Part shown: in pieces, positions 60,440-64,000 of the stretch
Layout of the letters: each line of letters opens with the position of its first letter
How positions within the stretch are numbered: position 1 is the first letter of the stretch
Source: Squalus acanthias
Lineage: Eukaryota
Assembly (NCBI GenBank): GCA_030390025.1
Contig: JASTWF010000367.1
Coordinates: forward strand, 1-64,000
DNA length: 64,000 nt
Direction: 5' to 3'
Position numbers and translations under genes: made by a program
The notes under the pieces: generated by a model
What the model was told of the DNA's origin: nothing
Databases searched by the model: none
What the model saw: only the letters and a program-made list of their open reading frames with translations

Positions 60440-62130
60440 TTGGAACATAGGGAGGGGAGTAGGCCATTTAGCCCCTCGAGCCTGTTCCACCATTCATTGA
60501 GACCATGGCTGATCTAACTCCATATACCTGCCTTTGCCCCATACCTTTGGTTAACAAAAATCTATCAATCTGATTTAAAATTAACATTTGGTCTGGACTC
60601 CATTGCCATTTGCAGAAGAGAGTTCCCAACTTCTAACCCCTTTGTGCGTAGAAGTGCTTACTAATTTCACTCCTGAAAGGTTTGGCTCTAACTTTTAGAA
60701 TACGCCCCTTAGTCCTAGACTCCCCATCCAGCGGAATCAGTTTCTCTGTTTACCCGATCTGTTCCACTTAATATCTTGAAAATTTCAATCATATCACTCC
60801 TTAACCTTCTGAACTCTAGGGAATACAACCCTAATTTCACCTTGTAACTTAACCCTTGAAGTCCGGGTCATCATTCTGGTAAACCTACGCTGCATATCCT
60901 TCCTAAGGTGTGGTGCCCAGAACTGCTCACATTACTCCAGGTGTGGTCTAACCAGGGCTTTGTATAGCCGTAGCATAACTTCGACCCACTTGCATTCTAG
61001 TCCTCTAGATATAAAGGCCATTAGCCTTTTTGATTATTTTCTGTACCTGTTCATTACATTTTAATGATCTATGTACCTGGATCACCAAGTCTCTTTGGAC
61101 CGCCACTGTTTTTAGCCTTTCACCATTTAGAAAGGACCCTGTTCTATCCTTTTTAATGTCCAAAGTAGATGACCTCACATTTGCCGACATTGAAATCCAT
61201 TTAACACAGTTTAGCCCATTCACTTAATTGATTACTATCTCTTTGTAATTTTATGCTTTCAACTAGACTGCCTACAATGCCGCCCATCTTTGTGTCATCG
61301 TTAAATTTGGATGTGGCTTTCTATCCCATTATCCAAGATGTTAATAAATAGTGAATAGTTGAGGCCTCAAGACAGATCCTTGCGGGACACCACTAGTCAC
61401 ATCCTGCCAATTAGAGTACCTGCCCATTATCCCTACTCTGTCTCCTGCCGCTCAGCCAATTTCCTAACTATATCAATAATGTGCCTTCAATTCCATGGGC
61501 TTCAACCTTAGTTAACTGTCTCTTATGAGAGACTTAATCATTGCCTTTGGAAGTCCATATAAACAACATCCATAGACATTCCCCTGTCCACTACTTTAGT
61601 CACTTCTTCAAAAAAATTCGATCAGGTTCGTCAGGCATGAGCTGCCTTTTACAAATACATGCTGGTTCTCAGGGTCAGCTGAAATGTGTTTTAACGTGTT
61701 CAGTCACCCTATCCTTATTATAGACTCAAGTAATTTCCCCGACAACAGATGTTAGGCTAACTGGTCTATAATGCCCTGATTTCCCTCTCTCGCCATTCTT
61801 AAATAGCGGAGTGACATGAACGGTTATATGAATCGAGAGAACTTTGGAAGATTACAGTTAGGGCATCCAATGTGCTCACCTACACTCTTTAAACCCTGGG
61901 ATGGAAACCATCTGGTCCTGGGGATTTGTCACTCTTTAGTGCCATTATTTTCTTCATTACTGTTATTTGCTTACGTAAATTTTGTTGAGACCCTGTCCCT
62001 GATGCAGTATCAGTTTTCTTGGGCTTTCCGGCATTCTATCCTCTGCCTCTACTGTAAATACTGATGCAAAGTAATTATTCAACATGTCCACCATTTCCTT
62101 ATCATTGACAAGATCACTTAAGCACAGTTT
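60440..62130 (-). mobile_element. CR1 LINE RT/3' fragment
   Basis: VQRDLVIQVHRSLK..KKANG, MLNNYFASVFT; 3' UTR at ~60440. Confidence 0.88.
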
Positions 62131-62399
62131 AAGTGCACGTGTAGGCAATGCGAATGAAGATGATCATTGCTGTCAATCAAATCCATTGCACCCGACACGA
62201 TGAAGGAATTTCAAATCATTCCCAATCAACTGGGATCATTTGTTCTGATACATCCAATATTTAGCTGGTGTTCATATCAATTGCCCATATTAATCACGCT
62301 GCCAATGCTTCTTGTGTAAACTGCAAGTTATTGTTTAAAATCTGAACCTGATGCTCTGAGCCCTATTATTTTGAAGATTCACACACTGCAGCCACCTGC

Positions 62400-62490
62400 C
62401 TGTGTCTGTTTCAGTTCCGTTTGGTTTTTGATTCTGATTCGGATCCTCAGCCATGGTGATTTCAGTTGTTGTGAAGCTTTCCGCGAAGTC
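62400..62490 (-). pseudogene. NLR-B start-codon exon (ATG at 62454)
   Basis: Acceptor tttcag|, Kozak ATCACCATGG, MAEDPNQNQKPNGTETDT; a phase-1 join needs the donor AG|gcaggt. Confidence 0.65.
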
Positions 62491-63109
62491 CTGAAACAGA
62501 AAGTGGTTCCATGTTCAATTTGGTGAGTCGGTTAAGATAACTTAAACAGAAGGTTTCGACTGAGAACTACATGAGGATGTTGCACCATAACAAGTATGTA
62601 CCTTTGCAGCTAATGTCAAAGAATACGCTCGGAGGCGGTGAATCTTGGACAGTGAGCTCAGGACATTGGTATCTTCGTGCCCTACAATGTGACAGACCCA
62701 CGCTCTATGGAACAGATCACTGTTGAGCTTCAGGCACAGGGGGTGAAATTGGACATGAGCCGGGTCACAAAACATGCAGGATCGCATTTGCCGACCGTTA
62801 TACGGCTCCCCTGATATTCATTTCTATTGAAGTTGATGGAACTGAATATCGCAAGGAGCGTAAAACAGCCGACCCATGCGACACCGCCTGTTATGCATCC
62901 CAACCCAGAACCCATTTCACCCCACCATTTTTGTACCATCAAATGCAGATACATATTCCCTGTGCTGATCCCGAACATTGCCATAACTCCAAGCTCACAT
63001 GGACTCCACTTTCTTAGGGCAACTAGGGTGGGGCAATAAATGCTGCCTTGCCAAAGTTGCCTTCTTCCTAAGAAGCTCAACATCATCCAGAACAAAACAA
63101 TTCGCTTGA

Positions 63110-64000
63110 TTGGAAGGTAGCAAATGTAATCCCACGATTCAAGGAGGCAGAGAGAAAACAGGGAACTACAGGCCAGTGAGCCGGACATCAGTTGTCAGGA
63201 AAATGCTGGAATCCGTTAAGGAAGAGGTAATGGGGCGCTTAGAAAATCATAATAAGATTAAGTAGAGTCAACATGGTTTTATGAAAGCGAAATTGTGTTT
63301 AACAAATTTATTCAAGTTTTTTGAGGATGTAATTGGCAGGGTAGATAAAGGGCAACCAGTGGATGTACAGTAGTATATTGGGATTTCCAAAAGGCATTCG
63401 ATAAGGTGCCACATAAAAGGTTGCTATGCAAGATAAGGGCTCATGGGGTTGGGGGTAATATATTAACGAGGATTGGTTAATGGACAGAAAACAGAGTAGG
63501 GATAAACAGGTCATTTACAGGTTGGCAGGCTGTGACTAATGGGTGCCGCAAGGACCAGTGCTTTGGCCTCAGCTAGTTACAATCTATATTAATAACTTAG
63601 ATGAGGGGACCGAGTGCAATGCATCCACGTTTGCTGACGATACAAAGTTAGGTGGGAACGTAAGCTATGAGGAGGACACAGAGCCTGCAATGGGATATAG
63701 ACAGGTCAAGTGAGTGGGCAATAAGCTGGCAGATGGAGTATAATGTGAGTTTATTCAGTTTGGTAGGAAGAATAGAAAAACAGAATATTTTTTAAATGTT
63801 GAGGAACTATTAAATGTTGGTGTTCAGAGAGATTTGGGTGTCCTCGTACTGGAAACACAGAAAGCTAGCATGCAGGTACAGCAAGCAATAAGGAACGCAA
63901 ATGGCATGTTGGCCTTTATTGCAAGGGGGTTGGAGTATAAGAGTAAGAAAGTCTTACTACAATTGTACTGGGCTTTGGTGAGACCACACCTGGAGTATTG
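63110..64000 (+). mobile_element. CR1 LINE RT fragment running off the window end
   Basis: DFQKAFDKVPH, FADDTKLGG, RPHLEY encoded on +. Confidence 0.9.

Larger units (their letters stand above)
44694..62454 (-). pseudogene. NLR-B: CARD-like/NACHT/LRR receptor pseudogene. Coding exons 62454-62400, 59342-59185, 57670-57499, 57394-57329, 54173-52384, 49060-48974, 48838-48668, 48483-48313, 44781-44694
   Basis: Exon phases chain correctly; homologous to NLR-A; 2-nt deletion near 53207, TAC>TAA at 53145-53147, Walker B DSLNE, sensor-1 TSHP. Confidence 0.92.

Overview
Eukaryotic, repeat-dense vertebrate DNA, most likely a cartilaginous fish (inferred from the CR1/L2/Penelope/Deu-SINE repeat content and the NLR type). 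Most short ORFs in the supplied track are transposon debris or antisense shadows. The window holds two convergent (tail-to-tail) paralogous NLR immune-receptor genes. NLR-A (+) is apparently intact from its NACHT exon (10411) to its stop codon (17784); its N-terminal exons were not found in the window. NLR-B (-, 62454 to 44694) is a near-complete pseudogene with a CARD-like head, a frameshift, a nonsense codon, Walker B and sensor-1 substitutions, and a missing penultimate LRR exon. Around them lie CR1, L2, RTE and Tx1 LINEs, Harbinger remnants, MITEs, a probable ERV solo LTR, a tRNA-Lys pseudogene, several minisatellites and two kb-scale tandem arrays. The most notable observations are: (1) 91-bp and 182-bp insertions that are little more than a hammerhead ribozyme, with target-site duplications and a compensatory base pair; (2) a ~1.5-1.9 kb macrosatellite whose hammerhead-derived palindrome is inverted in one unit; (3) modular LRR exon duplication and patchwork homogenisation between the two NLRs. 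Family names come from motif recognition only; no searches were run.
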